A stretch of 64,000 nt of DNA from Candidatus Aminicenantes bacterium. GTDB taxonomy: Bacteria > Acidobacteriota > Aminicenantia > Aminicenantales > Aminicenantaceae. The stretch spans positions 24,832-88,831 of the forward strand of contig DQWD01000185.1 in the NCBI GenBank assembly GCA_011042725.1. The letters run 5' to 3'. The notes under the pieces are model-generated. The model was not told where the DNA came from. It did not search any database and worked only from the letters and a program-made list of their open reading frames with translations. This document shows positions 37,273 through 47,721 of the stretch, one piece after another (within the stretch, counting starts at the first letter, position 1; every line of letters starts with the position of its first letter). Made by a program: the position numbers and the translations under genes.

Positions 37273-39666
37273 ATGATTCATTTCCTGTTAGCTACCATCC
37301 TGTTCTTAACCAGTCCTTTCCCTTCTCCAAGAGAAGCCTCTCCTCTGTCTTCTTTAACCACTTTCTCTTTAAGCCGATTTCAGATGGAAATGATTCCGGG
37401 TGGTTTCTATTTTCCCACTTTTTTTGAAAATCTAGCTCCAGCCACCACGTTTCTAATCGAAGAAAGCAACGGATTTGCCCTGCTTGATCCACCACGAGTA
37501 TACTTCGAAGGTGACTCTATCACCCAGTTTTCCTGGTCGGTCAATCAATTTCCCACTTCTTCATCTCTTAATCCCGGCACCCCGGGAGTCATTCCGCCTC
37601 TCGGCCTAGTGAGTCAACTTCAACTTGCCCGCAATTCCCCCTTATCTTCTTGGTCGGGAATGAACTTTTGCCTCGGAACTCCCCCTCTTTCCTCCTCTTC
37701 ACTAGCCTTGCATGTTTCCCATGTTTGGCCAAATATGGGTGGAATGATCCCCGGAGCAACATTTATGTTGCAACCTCATGCGACCACTGAAGAAAGAGAC
37801 AATCTATTATCTTCCATCCGTCGCCAATTCACCCACAACACGCTAGTTGATTTAGTTGGCCGCCCCGCCTTATCTTTTCTTGAACTAACCTTAGGGGCAA
37901 CTTATTTTCGAGCTGAACGTCAATTTAACGATTTCAATCACTTCCACCAGTTTTTTAAGGAACCAGGAGAGCTTACTCTTTTTTTGGTCCAAGCGAAGAA
38001 AAAAATCTCGGCTTTTGATTGCGAATTCTTAACCATTATTAATCATATCTCTCGAGAAAACCTAACGGCAGAGCTTGGCCGTCTTCCCCAAGAAACTCTT
38101 TCTTCCCATCGCAATTCAATTTTTTCTGGCCTTAATTTTTCTAGCTCCTGGCTCAGAGCCAGACTCTCATTTCTCAGGGAAAAAAACAACCTTAATCCCC
38201 AAACAATAAACTTGGCCAAGGAATTAATGGATAATGATGGCGAGGGATTTTTTCCCTTTGAAAAATGGGGGGAATTCCAGGCAAAAACTTGGCGTTTTGA
38301 CCTTACCCTGCCCTTCTCTTTTAACTTAGGGTCCTCTCTTAAAGGTCAATTTTATATCTCCCTAAAACAGACCAATCTAACAGGGAAAGAAGCTTCCCAC
38401 CAATTCAACCCTCTTCTTTTTAACAACAAACCATACCAAGTCATTATTTGGCAAGGAGATAAAGATTGGCAGAATAGCAATGGCTATTTTCGCTCTGGTC
38501 TGCAGGCGAATTACTCTTGGCACCGGGATATTTCTTTTTACTTAAAGTTATTTTTTCAACCCTCTTGGCTTCATTTTGCCCCTGCGGAAAATAACCTTCA
38601 TTTTTGGCAGTCTGGTTTTGACTTCGGATTAGCTTTCTTCGAGAAAAGGCGTAATCGAATTTTTGTAGCTTACGGCTTAATCCCTTGGGAAATACGAGAA
38701 AATGTCAATTATTTTTTAGAGAACAACAGACCCTTAGGCCAAATATATTATTGGTCGGATCATAACCAGGATAAAAATTTCCAGGTGGGGGAAGAAGGAC
38801 CGCTTTATCGCTTAACCAGAGGAGCTAGCCATTTGGTCTCTTCTCAACTCAAGGCTCCATTTAACCATCGCCTCTTGGCTATTTTCCAAAGCTCCCTTTC
38901 CGCCGCCTTTACCCTCCAGCTCCAAGGTTCAATCAAAGAAACAAAAAATAATTTTTGGGTTCACTATAAAGAAAACTATGGGCATTTTTCCCCGCTGGGA
39001 GATAAATCGCTTTTCATTCTCGATAAGCCCGTTACTCAATTCATTTTCAGTAATTATTCCTTCGGCGAAAAACCCTTCTATGCCGAACTTCTTCTTCACC
39101 TTTGGGGCCAGAAAGAAAAGAATTGGTTTTTCTCTTTTTCATTTATGGCTCATTTAGGAATGGGCTACACTGCTTTCGGTAATGGGCCCACCGCTAATGA
39201 CATCGGCATCATCGACGAAAGCCAAGCGTCGCCCAACACCTGGATAAATGGCTACGGCCGAGTAGACGGGGACCGGGCTTTTGTTGGTAAAATGTTTTTT
39301 GGGTTTTATCTAAGACCTCGTCTTTTTCTCAGTGCCACCTTAAAATATCGCGATGGAAATCCCTTCGCCTTTATTGATTCTTATCTCCTCAACCAGGAAG
39401 TAATTCTAACTCTCCAAACTATCCAAGCCGAAAATAAAAAAGGCGTTAAAGGCGGGCCAAGGGAAGATTACCTTTCCGATGTCAGCCTTCAGCTTTCTTA
39501 TTCATGGCCTCTAACGGAATTACAGCTTGAGTTTTATGCTTCCCTTCACAATCTTCTGGACTTTGGCAGTGAGCTCTCTGAGTACGTATTCTCCGGGGGG
39601 CAGCGCTATGCCTTAGAACTCCAAATTCCTCGTTCCTTGAGGTTAGGAATAAAAGCTTCCTGGTAA
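37273..39666 (+). CDS. Large secreted protein, probable outer-membrane beta-barrel, function unknown
   Basis: 797 aa. Signal-peptide-like N-terminus. Rich in aromatic and Asn residues with alternating hydrophobic patterns. The C-terminus ..LRLGIKASW ends in an aromatic residue, as in outer-membrane beta-barrel proteins. No catalytic motif recognised. Confidence 0.4.
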   Translation: MIHFLLATILFLTSPFPSPREASPLSSLTTFSLSRFQMEMIPGGFYFPTFFENLAPATTFLIEESNGFALLDPPRVYFEGDSITQFSWSVNQFPTSSSLNPGTPGVIPPLGLVSQLQLARNSPLSSWSGMNFCLGTPPLSSSSLALHVSHVWPNMGGMIPGATFMLQPHATTEERDNLLSSIRRQFTHNTLVDLVGRPALSFLELTLGATYFRAERQFNDFNHFHQFFKEPGELTLFLVQAKKKISAFDCEFLTIINHISRENLTAELGRLPQETLSSHRNSIFSGLNFSSSWLRARLSFLREKNNLNPQTINLAKELMDNDGEGFFPFEKWGEFQAKTWRFDLTLPFSFNLGSSLKGQFYISLKQTNLTGKEASHQFNPLLFNNKPYQVIIWQGDKDWQNSNGYFRSGLQANYSWHRDISFYLKLFFQPSWLHFAPAENNLHFWQSGFDFGLAFFEKRRNRIFVAYGLIPWEIRENVNYFLENNRPLGQIYYWSDHNQDKNFQVGEEGPLYRLTRGASHLVSSQLKAPFNHRLLAIFQSSLSAAFTLQLQGSIKETKNNFWVHYKENYGHFSPLGDKSLFILDKPVTQFIFSNYSFGEKPFYAELLLHLWGQKEKNWFFSFSFMAHLGMGYTAFGNGPTANDIGIIDESQASPNTWINGYGRVDGDRAFVGKMFFGFYLRPRLFLSATLKYRDGNPFAFIDSYLLNQEVILTLQTIQAENKKGVKGGPREDYLSDVSLQLSYSWPLTELQLEFYASLHNLLDFGSELSEYVFSGGQRYALELQIPRSLRLGIKASW

Positions 39667-39708
39667 ATTTAACCTCTAGCAAAAACAAGCTTTTATCAGG
39701 GAGGAAAG

Positions 39709-39786
39709 TGGCGGGGCCGACGAGACTTGAACTCGCGACCTCCGGCGTGACAGGCCGGCGTTCTAACCAGGCTGAACTACGGCCCC
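39709..39786 (-). tRNA. tRNA-Asp (anticodon GTC)
   Basis: The reverse complement GGGGCCGTAGTTCAGCCTGGTTAGAACGCCGGCCTGTCACGCCGGAGGTCGCGAGTTCAAGTCTCGTCGGCCCCGCCA is a standard 75-nt cloverleaf with encoded CCA. Anticodon loop CTGTCAC. The two ORF-track ORFs over this region are spurious. Confidence 0.85.
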
Positions 39787-40161
39787 ACCAGGGGGAAGAT
39801 GGAAAAATATTAAATTCTTTCCCTTCTTTTGTCAAGCCTTCCTTTAGGAACCTTCCCAACTCTCCAAAAGAAACTAGAAATAATCCAAGGAAAAGGCAAA
39901 AATAACAGAAGGCCTTACTCTTCAGTATAAGCTGGCCACATCTATTATTTCCTTCCAGCCACCACCACTAATTCCCTGATTACTTTCGATGGGAAATAAA
40001 AGACATTTTCTCTAAAACCGCTATCCTTTCCTCCACTGGAGGGTGAGTCTGGAATAATCTGTTTACGCGGCCCTGAATCTTTTCTAAGGGATTCACAATG
40101 AATAGATGGGCGGTGGCTTTATTGGCCACCTCCAGAGGCTCCTCATCTTGAGAGATTTTTT

Positions 40162-40716
40162 TTAAAAAGAAACCTTGACCGGTTCACGAGCCTCTTCTTC
40201 TTCAATTTCAAAATATTCTTTTTCTTGGAAATTAAAAAGCCGGGCAATCACATTAGAAGGAAAGACTTGCAGCTTGATGTTAAACTTCATCACCATATCA
40301 TTATAAAATTGACGAGCATAAGCTATTTTGCTTTCCGTTCCAGCTAATTCTTCCTGCAGCATTAAGAAGTTCTGATTGGCTTTTAGATCGGGATAATTTT
40401 CCACCACCGCAAACAGAGATTTAAGGGCTCCAGTCAACATATTTTCAGCCTGACCTTGTTCTCTAACCGTCTGGGCGTTAATAGCCTTGGTTCGGGCTTC
40501 GGTTACCTTTTCAAAAACTTCTTTTTCATGTCGGGCATATCCTTTAACCGTTTCAACCAAATTGGGGATCAGGTCATAACGCCGGCGTAATTGAACGTCC
40601 ACCTGGGCCCAGGCATTATCACACCGGTTACGGATGGTGATCAGACGATTGTAGATGACAATCCCCCCGACCAGAACAACTCCAACTACAATCAAAAGGA
40701 AGAGTAAAATTTCCAT
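40162..40716 (-). CDS. LemA-family protein
   Basis: 184 aa with a single N-terminal TM, then ..[54 protein letters not shown].., the LemA consensus. Confidence 0.8.
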   Translation of the reverse strand: MEILLFLLIVVGVVLVGGIVIYNRLITIRNRCDNAWAQVDVQLRRRYDLIPNLVETVKGYARHEKEVFEKVTEARTKAINAQTVREQGQAENMLTGALKSLFAVVENYPDLKANQNFLMLQEELAGTESKIAYARQFYNDMVMKFNIKLQVFPSNVIARLFNFQEKEYFEIEEEEAREPVKVSF

Positions 40717-40796
40717 TTCTTTCTCCTGGTAAGATAAAATTTATTTTAGTAAATAATCTTACGTCATAAATGTCAATAACATTCAACAAAATTAAA

Positions 40797-40826
40797 TTGA
40801 CATTTTTTCCCCAAGGATGATATATT
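40797..40826 (+). promoter_or_regulatory. Candidate sigma70-type promoter for citrate synthase: TTGACA, 18-bp spacer, TATATT
   Basis: Hexamers read directly, about 60 nt upstream of an AGGAGG ribosome-binding site and the ATG at 40889. Confidence 0.45.
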
Positions 40827-40888
40827 GCAAGTGGGTGATTTTTTTAATTAAAAATAACAATAACAAATAAACTCCAAAGGAGGATTAT

Positions 40889-42196
40889 ATGGCATCATTA
40901 AAAGAAAAGTTTGCGGCCAAGATCGATCCCATGCGTCAAAGAGTACGCACTTTGACCAAACAGCATGGGGAAATCAAGATTTCAGATGTGTCAGTGGCCC
41001 AAGCTTATGGAGGCATGAGAGGGGTCAAATGTTTGGTAACAGAAACCTCTGCTTTAGATCCCTATGAAGGCATCCGCTTCCGGGGTTTTACCATCCCCGA
41101 ACTTCGCCAAAAGCTCCCTAAGGCTCCTGGTGGTGAAGAACCTCTGCCCGAAGGAATATTTTATTTACTGCTTACTGGTGATCTTCCTAGCGAAGAAGAT
41201 GTCCGGGAACTCACCAAGGAATGGCAACAAAGAGGAGAGGTGCCTGAGTATGTCCTCGAGGTTTTGAAATCCATCCCCAAAGATGTTCACCCGATGACTC
41301 AATTTTCGATGGGTATTCTCGCTCTTCAGAAAGAGTCGCTCTTTGCTCAGCGTTATCGTGAAGGGATGCCCAAAACTGAATACTGGGATCCGATGTTTGA
41401 AGACGTCATGAATCTACTGGCCAAGTTGCCCCGAATTGCTGCTTTTATCTACCGTCGCATCTATAAAAACGACGAACACATTCCTCCTGATCCAACTCTC
41501 GACTGGGGAGGAAATTTTGCCCACATGTTAGGCGTAGAAAATGAAGAGTTTAAAGAACTGATGCGACTCTACCTGGTCCTCCATAGTGACCACGAGGGAG
41601 GAAATGTTTCAGCCCATACAACTCATCTCGTCGGTTCCGCCCTTTCCGATGCCTATCTGTCCCTATCTGGGGGCATGAACGGGCTGGCCGGTCCTCTCCA
41701 CGGGCTAGCTAACCAGGAAGTTCTCCGCTGGATTATGGAGCTCATCGAAAAACTCGGTTCTAAACCAACTAAGGAACAACTCAAGCAGTATGTCTGGGAT
41801 ACTCTCAATGCGGGACAAGTTATTCCCGGCTACGGACACGCTGTCCTGCGGAAAACCGATCCTCGCTATGTCGCTCAAAGAGAATTCGCCCTTAAGCACC
41901 TACCTGATAATGAAATATTCAAAGTCGTCAGTGATCTCTACGAAGTTGTTCCGCCTATTCTTCAAGAGCATGGAAAAGCTAAGAATCCTTGGCCTAACGT
42001 TGACGCTCATTCCGGATGTCTTTTGCTTCACTACGGAGTTAAAGAGTACGATTTCTACACCGTGTTTTTCGGAGTCTCCCGAGCTCTTGGCGTACTCGCT
42101 TCACTTTGTTGGGACCGGGCCTTAGGTTTGCCCATTGAAAGGCCAAAGAGTATCACTACTGATTGGGTTGAAGAGTTTATCAAAAACCAGAATTAA
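40889..42196 (+). CDS. gltA: Citrate synthase, eukaryotic (mitochondrial)-like type
   Basis: 435 aa. ..[58 protein letters not shown].. is nearly collinear with mitochondrial citrate synthase (..[45 protein letters not shown]..). Catalytic His and Asp contexts are present (..[13 protein letters not shown].., ..GYGHAVLR..). Confidence 0.9.
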   Translation: MASLKEKFAAKIDPMRQRVRTLTKQHGEIKISDVSVAQAYGGMRGVKCLVTETSALDPYEGIRFRGFTIPELRQKLPKAPGGEEPLPEGIFYLLLTGDLPSEEDVRELTKEWQQRGEVPEYVLEVLKSIPKDVHPMTQFSMGILALQKESLFAQRYREGMPKTEYWDPMFEDVMNLLAKLPRIAAFIYRRIYKNDEHIPPDPTLDWGGNFAHMLGVENEEFKELMRLYLVLHSDHEGGNVSAHTTHLVGSALSDAYLSLSGGMNGLAGPLHGLANQEVLRWIMELIEKLGSKPTKEQLKQYVWDTLNAGQVIPGYGHAVLRKTDPRYVAQREFALKHLPDNEIFKVVSDLYEVVPPILQEHGKAKNPWPNVDAHSGCLLLHYGVKEYDFYTVFFGVSRALGVLASLCWDRALGLPIERPKSITTDWVEEFIKNQN

Positions 42197-42221
42197 CCTC
42201 TTTTCGGGAGTAGGTTACCCA

Positions 42222-42252
42222 CGACGGGAGAGTTTCTCTCCCGTCGTTTTTT
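42222..42252 (+). terminator. Rho-independent terminator after citrate synthase
   Basis: CGACGGGAGAG-tttc-TCTCCCGTCG hairpin (11-bp stem) followed by TTTTTT. Confidence 0.6.
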
Positions 42253-42283
42253 ATTCCTCAAATTCTTGGTGGGGAGAAAGATA

Positions 42284-42757
42284 ATGAAAGTCATCATTAT
42301 TATGGGTTCCAAGGGCGACTTAGAATGGTCGAAAAAGGCCGCTCTTCTCCTTGAAGAACTGGGAATCCCCATGGTGATGAGAATCGCTTCAGCCCATAAA
42401 GTACCCCTTAAAGTTTTAGAAATTATCAAAGAATACGAGACAGAAGAGGTGGTCTTCATCACTGTTGCGGGACGAAGTAATGCTTTAAGCGCCTTTGTTG
42501 ATGCTCAAACTGCCCGGCCCGTCATCGCTTGCCCTCCTTACAGCGACAAATTTGGCGGAGCAGATATCTTTTCCAGCCTTCGGATGCCCTCTGGAGTGTG
42601 CCCCCTTGTGGTCTTAGAACCAGAACAAGCAGCTCTGGCCGCAGCGAAAATCCTCGCTCTTAAGGATAATGAATTAGCGCGCCGGATTAAGAAATATCAA
42701 GACCACAAGAAAACAATTATCGAAAATGATGATCAAGCTTTAACAAACAATCAATAA
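42284..42757 (+). CDS. purE: 5-(carboxyamino)imidazole ribonucleotide mutase (PurE)
   Basis: MKVIIIMGSKGDLEW..IASAHKVP..VFITVAGRSNALSAFV.. matches the PurE fold (GS.SD, SAHR/K, AG..A.L.G motifs). Start trimmed to MKVIIIM. Confidence 0.85.
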   Translation: MKVIIIMGSKGDLEWSKKAALLLEELGIPMVMRIASAHKVPLKVLEIIKEYETEEVVFITVAGRSNALSAFVDAQTARPVIACPPYSDKFGGADIFSSLRMPSGVCPLVVLEPEQAALAAAKILALKDNELARRIKKYQDHKKTIIENDDQALTNNQ

Positions 42758-42961
42758 AGCTTGGCCAGCTCTAAACAATTCCGCAATAAAAATTTTATTT
42801 AATTATTTAGGCTTAAAAACAAAAAGCAGATTTATTCCAAATCACAATTCAAGCAAGGACTGCTAGATCTCGGCAGTTAATGATGGCCCTGAAAAAACAA
42901 AAAAAGTCTGGGAGATTAAGCAATAAAACAAAAAAATATTAACCTATAGTGAGCAATAACG

Positions 42962-43930
42962 ATGGGGATCTTACCGGCCAATAAAACGAACATCAAAATT
43001 GCCGCTAGAACTATCACCCAAGGGGGATTAGTGGCTTTCCCTACTGAAACAGTTTATGGACTCGGGGCCGATGTCTTCAATTCCCTAGCGGTGGCCCGTA
43101 TCTTTGAAGTGAAAAAACGACCAGAATTTGACCCTATCATCATCCATATTGCCTCCGTTGAGGATCTTAATCTCATCTGGCGTCAGCGACCCGACGTTGC
43201 CCTTCCTCTTATCGAATCTTTCTGGCCGGGACCTTTAACTTTAATCGGATTAAAATCCCCCAAGATTCCCGAGCTAGTCACGGCCGGACTTGATACGGCT
43301 GCGGTGAGGATGCCTAACCACTCTGTTGCTCTAGCTCTCATTAAAGAGGCCAAAAGACCCATTGCTGCGCCAAGTGCTAATCTCTTCGGGTTCCTTAGTC
43401 CCACCACCGCTTCTCATGTCGCCCAGCAACTCGGCTCGCAAATTGATTTAATCCTTGATGGAGGCCCAACTCCTGTGGGGATTGAATCAACCGTGCTCGA
43501 CCTCACCGGAAAGCCCACTTTGCTACGACCTGGAGGAGTCCCTCTCGAAGAAATTGAAAAAATTATAGGGCCAGTTAGAATTGCCCCGCCTTCCCCGAAA
43601 CCACTAGCTCCCGGTCAACTCACCCACCACTACGCCCCAAGAGCCACCCTGGTTATCAAGCACGATAACTTAAAACTGCCCTCGAAACTAAAAATTGGAT
43701 ATTTAGCCTTTAGCTCAGCGCCGGCAAACATTTCCGCTTATAAAGTAGAAATCCTTTCCCCCTCGAGAAATTTAAGAGAAGCAGCGGCTAATCTGTTTGC
43801 CGCTCTTCATCGCCTTGACCAGGCCAAAGTCGATATTATCATCGCCGAACCTGTTCCTGAAGAGGGGTTGGGAAGAGCAATCATGGATAGATTACGAAAA
43901 GCGGCCTCAGCCACCTATCCACAGAGATAA
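42962..43930 (+). CDS. tsaC: L-threonylcarbamoyladenylate synthase, long Sua5/TsaC2 type (YrdC domain plus Sua5 C-terminal domain)
   Basis: ..GGLVAFPTETVYGLGAD.. and ..AAPSANLFG.. are YrdC/Sua5 motifs. At 322 aa it has the extra C-terminal Sua5 domain. Confidence 0.85.
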   Translation: MGILPANKTNIKIAARTITQGGLVAFPTETVYGLGADVFNSLAVARIFEVKKRPEFDPIIIHIASVEDLNLIWRQRPDVALPLIESFWPGPLTLIGLKSPKIPELVTAGLDTAAVRMPNHSVALALIKEAKRPIAAPSANLFGFLSPTTASHVAQQLGSQIDLILDGGPTPVGIESTVLDLTGKPTLLRPGGVPLEEIEKIIGPVRIAPPSPKPLAPGQLTHHYAPRATLVIKHDNLKLPSKLKIGYLAFSSAPANISAYKVEILSPSRNLREAAANLFAALHRLDQAKVDIIIAEPVPEEGLGRAIMDRLRKAASATYPQR

Positions 43931-43957
43931 ACCACCAGATTTTTTCGCTGGGACTGG

Positions 43958-44986
43958 CTATCTGGCCTGCTCACGGGCAATTTTCAGTAGGTCATTAAGG
44001 AGACTATAGCCTGTTTCGCGGCGACCGGCTCCAGGTCCAATGACGGTTATCTCGCCTAAAGAATCGGTTAAGATGGTTAAAGCGTTAGTTGCCCCCATTA
44101 CACTTCCCAAAGGATGATTGATATCAATTTCTTCGGGGGCAACTTCCGCTTTGACAAGATTTCTCTCTCGCCAAACTCGCCCGATTAATTTGAAACGCTT
44201 TCCCCGGGACAACGCATTCACCACCGCACTAGAGGTAATGGAAGTAATTCCTTCACAGGGGAAATCAAACGGCTTAGCTCGGGAGCCAAAGACAACTTTA
44301 GCTAAAATTGTAACTTTGGCCAAGGCATCCCACCCCAGAACATCGGCATCCGGAACAGCCTCAGCATATCCAAATTCTTGGGCTTTTTTTAATGCATCCT
44401 CATAAGAAAGTCCTTCTTCCATGCGGGTTAGAATGTAATTAGTTGTTCCATTTAATATTCCCTTTATTTCTTGAAATTCACACCCAATCAACGTTTCTCG
44501 AAAAAGATTAAGAACTGGTGTCCCACTCATTACCGTGCCCTCAAATAAAAAATGGACATTATTAGCCCGCGCAATATCAATTAATTCTTCATAGAAAAGA
44601 GCAACCGGGCCCTTATTAGTGGTGACCACATGCATCCCCTTTTCTAAAGCTTGGCGGATATGAGTTACCGCCGGTTCTCCTGTTTTGATATCTGTGTAGG
44701 TCACCTCGATCAAGACATCGGCCTCAAGCCCGGAAATAAGCTCTGTTGCTTCCCCTGAAATTCTTTCTCCCCTCACCCCTTCCAGCAATTTCTGATTTTG
44801 CGCTGCTGTTAATGCTTCTTGTAAATCCAGTCCCTCGGGAGCTACTACATTTCCTAATTTTTTATCTAAAATACCCACTGTTTGCCAAGTTAAGCCAAAT
44901 TCTTTCGTCAATATCTCTTTTTTCTCCAACAATAATTCAGCCAATCCCTGTCCAACTGTCCCAAAACCAACAAAAAGAAGTCGCAT
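43958..44986 (-). CDS. hom: Homoserine dehydrogenase, short form without an ACT domain
   Basis: The N-terminal Rossmann motif MRLLFVGFGTVGQG, ..VVTTNKGPVA.. and C-terminal ..VIGPGAGRRETGYSLLNDL.. match homoserine dehydrogenase NAD-binding and catalytic signatures. Confidence 0.7.
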   Translation of the reverse strand: MRLLFVGFGTVGQGLAELLLEKKEILTKEFGLTWQTVGILDKKLGNVVAPEGLDLQEALTAAQNQKLLEGVRGERISGEATELISGLEADVLIEVTYTDIKTGEPAVTHIRQALEKGMHVVTTNKGPVALFYEELIDIARANNVHFLFEGTVMSGTPVLNLFRETLIGCEFQEIKGILNGTTNYILTRMEEGLSYEDALKKAQEFGYAEAVPDADVLGWDALAKVTILAKVVFGSRAKPFDFPCEGITSITSSAVVNALSRGKRFKLIGRVWRERNLVKAEVAPEEIDINHPLGSVMGATNALTILTDSLGEITVIGPGAGRRETGYSLLNDLLKIAREQAR

Positions 44987-45101
44987 ATTGCCTCCTTTGG
45001 TTGAAAAGTTAGATTAAATTAAAGTTGAAAATTTATGTCTAAGGAAAAAACGCTAATCTTCTCCACTTCATAATCCTTTTATCACAAGCAAATTCAGCCT
45101 G

Positions 45102-45380
45102 TCAAGGGCAAAGAATGCCTGGGATTTTCTGCCAATCAACTAGCTGACGGCGATTATATTCCCGCCCAGCAATTAGGGCCGAGCATAATCGAATGGCCAA
45201 AGACAAGGGGGCTCCAACATTAATTTGGCAACGTCGATCCAATATGTTCTCAACATCTTCGCCGGGCTGCAGAGGACAGCCATTACATTTCCGGCTATCC
45301 ACTAAGGCGATGAGCCATTGTTTTATTTCTTCTTGATTAAAGCCTAACAATCGTTGAATAAGAACGTGGCCAGCCATCAC
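45102..45380 (-). CDS. Hypothetical small Cys-containing protein (92 aa)
   Basis: ORF with a CNGC motif and two further Cys residues. It lies upstream of, and on the same strand as, the DUF5916-like gene. No family recognised. Confidence 0.3.
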   Translation of the reverse strand: MMAGHVLIQRLLGFNQEEIKQWLIALVDSRKCNGCPLQPGEDVENILDRRCQINVGAPLSLAIRLCSALIAGREYNRRQLVDWQKIPGILCP

Positions 45381-45492
45381 GATTTCATAGTTATTTCCAC
45401 TGCCCTAGCTTCCCTAACCACTTAAAATGTCATTCTTTCCAGAAATAAACGTCAGCTTTAATTTCTACTTGTCATCGGTCAGGAGAGAAGTT

Positions 45493-47721
45493 CTAAAATC
45501 GATAGCTAAAACTTAAAAAGGCAGAGTCATTCTCGTTAACTTCCCGATAAAAACTCGAGCCCCTTTGATAAACAAATTCAGCCACTCCGTGTTCTGACCA
45601 GAAAGCATACTTAGCCCGCAGTTGAAGGGTAATCTTATCTAAGGCCGTATTCGCCTGGAAGAATAAACTCAGATCGAGCAGATCCGATAATTTATTTTTA
45701 ATTTTCAAGACATGAATATTAGCACTCTTATATACTGGAGAAATTTCAAAACTATAATCTAGATAATAAAGAAAATATTCGAGAAAGAGAGTCTGGCTGA
45801 TGGAGAAATCTTTGTACAATCTAAACAAAGTAAACCCCCGCGCTAAAAACTGGCCAAATCTAACTTCCAATTGGAAGCGTCCTCCTGGGCCCCTATCAAA
45901 ATAAGAAAATAAAGAGGTTTTATTGGTCCAGTATTCCGGTTTCCCATAATAAAGGTAATAATGGGTCCCGACCACCGGGTTAAATAAATTAAATAAATAG
46001 TTGGAATCAAAAAGAGAAATTTCTCCTAATGACTCTTGATAGATTCGCCATTGGTCAAGATCAATTTTATCTTCAAGACCCGGATAATCTGCTGGGTATA
46101 ATTCATTGAGCATATACTCCTTTCGATAGGAAACACCGATACTCCAAAAAGATTTAAACTCAAGAGAAACTTTGGTTTCGGCCGACCAACTCCGTAATGT
46201 ATTGTCTAATCCCCAATAGACATCACCCTTTCCGGCCACATGAAACGAATTAAAAACGCCTCGCCCTAAATTAAATTTATGGACTAATTCTGTTTTTATT
46301 TCCTGGCGATTATCATCAGGAATATAACCTACTTTGACTAGATTATCCCCAAAATTTCTCCCTATTCGTAAAAACCCCAATTTAAAATAAGTGGGATCGC
46401 TTTGATAGCTAATAAAAGCTCCTAAAGCGGAGGAATCTTCTTTTTTTTGACCATAGCTTTGGGCAAATTGCCCTTGAAGATTAAAATGAGAAGAAATCTT
46501 GAGGACCCAATCAAAGGCCAAACTGCCCCATTTATCTTCCCGGTCTACCCGGGCACTTCCGGTTAATCCCAAAGAAAACCACGAGCGGGGAGAGAGGCTA
46601 ATTCGTCCAAAATGATAGCTGGCTTTAGGGACTTGGCTGATATCGTCTTGGGGGCCCAAGGTGGATAAGAAAAATATCTCACTCCCTGGAAAGGTAGCTT
46701 TTACCTTTGCTCCCGCCTGAATTTTTCGTATCCTTTTGGAATAAAAAAGGTCAAACACTGACTGGTCCTCCCCAGCCAAACTTTGAAAAAAACTTCTTTT
46801 TTCAGGAATTTTTAGTTCATAAGGAGTAAAATTTAATCTTTCTTCATCAGGTTCAACTAAGCCAAATTCAGGAAAAAGGGTAACCTCGGCCGAAATTAAA
46901 GGGGAAAAGTTATAACCCAGGTCAAGCCCCCCTCCTAAAGGTGATCCCTCAGTTGGCGTTTGTCGGAATAAAAGAAAGCTGTTTCCTCGGAACCTCTTTT
47001 CTTTCTTAATAATAGTTATGGGTTGCAAAAGATTAATCTGCTCTAAAGAAAAAGCCGGCTCCAGAGGCCCCCCCCAGAAAACAGGATCTAATCGAGGAAC
47101 CACTCGGGAGACAAGCATATTTATTTCTGCTTTTTCTCCCGGGGGAAGAAAAGGCTCCAGAGGGATGGCCATTTCTGCAGTCCATCCTCCTTCGCTTCTT
47201 TGAACTCCCGAGAACCACTGAGTGTCCCACGCCAAGTCTTTGCTCCCATCGATTAAACTCAGACGCCCATCCAATTTGGTATTTAAAAGATTGAGCCCGA
47301 AAAAATAAATATAATCTTGATCGGTCCCTCCCAGGAGAAAAAGATAGACAGAATCATCAGTTCGTAATTCTCCATCTTTAGCTTTAACTTCAGCCATTAT
47401 TTTCTCAGGAGTAGGATCGTTGCAAACAAAGGCAATATAAAGAAAGTTCCCATCTTGACCTAGAAAAACCTGAGTCTTAATTTTCACTGTTTGATCCCGG
47501 TCAGGATGAGGAACTAATATTTCTTCTCCCGGAATTGCTCTCGTCCAGGCGTCATCTTGAAGTTGCCCATCTATTTCAACAGAAGGCCCCACTCTCAGAA
47601 TTAAATTCTCTGAGGTTATCTCTTGATTAAAGACGCTCCCGATGGTTAACAGCAGACACCAAATCAAAGTAAAAAATCTTGTCAACTCAATCCATTTCAA
47701 TAGTATTTTCCTTTTCCCCAA
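45493..47721 (-). CDS. CBM9-like (DOMON-like) N-domain plus DUF5916-type large beta-rich protein, probable outer-membrane or secreted hydrolase-like protein
   Basis: 742 aa. Signal peptide. The N-terminal segment ..GPSVEIDGQLQDDAWTRAIPGEE..LYIAFVCND.. resembles the carbohydrate-binding family 9-like domain. The long C-terminal region is beta-rich and ends ..SFSYRF, an aromatic beta-barrel-like terminus. Confidence 0.5.
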   Translation of the reverse strand: MGKRKILLKWIELTRFFTLIWCLLLTIGSVFNQEITSENLILRVGPSVEIDGQLQDDAWTRAIPGEEILVPHPDRDQTVKIKTQVFLGQDGNFLYIAFVCNDPTPEKIMAEVKAKDGELRTDDSVYLFLLGGTDQDYIYFFGLNLLNTKLDGRLSLIDGSKDLAWDTQWFSGVQRSEGGWTAEMAIPLEPFLPPGEKAEINMLVSRVVPRLDPVFWGGPLEPAFSLEQINLLQPITIIKKEKRFRGNSFLLFRQTPTEGSPLGGGLDLGYNFSPLISAEVTLFPEFGLVEPDEERLNFTPYELKIPEKRSFFQSLAGEDQSVFDLFYSKRIRKIQAGAKVKATFPGSEIFFLSTLGPQDDISQVPKASYHFGRISLSPRSWFSLGLTGSARVDREDKWGSLAFDWVLKISSHFNLQGQFAQSYGQKKEDSSALGAFISYQSDPTYFKLGFLRIGRNFGDNLVKVGYIPDDNRQEIKTELVHKFNLGRGVFNSFHVAGKGDVYWGLDNTLRSWSAETKVSLEFKSFWSIGVSYRKEYMLNELYPADYPGLEDKIDLDQWRIYQESLGEISLFDSNYLFNLFNPVVGTHYYLYYGKPEYWTNKTSLFSYFDRGPGGRFQLEVRFGQFLARGFTLFRLYKDFSISQTLFLEYFLYYLDYSFEISPVYKSANIHVLKIKNKLSDLLDLSLFFQANTALDKITLQLRAKYAFWSEHGVAEFVYQRGSSFYREVNENDSAFLSFSYRF

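Noticed and set aside
39482-39905. Two ORF-track ORFs (39482..39859 minus, 39708..39905 plus) over the tRNA-Asp region
   Set aside because: They overlap a clean tRNA-Asp(GTC) cloverleaf and have no ribosome-binding site or recognisable protein features. They are artefacts of the open frame across a structured RNA gene.
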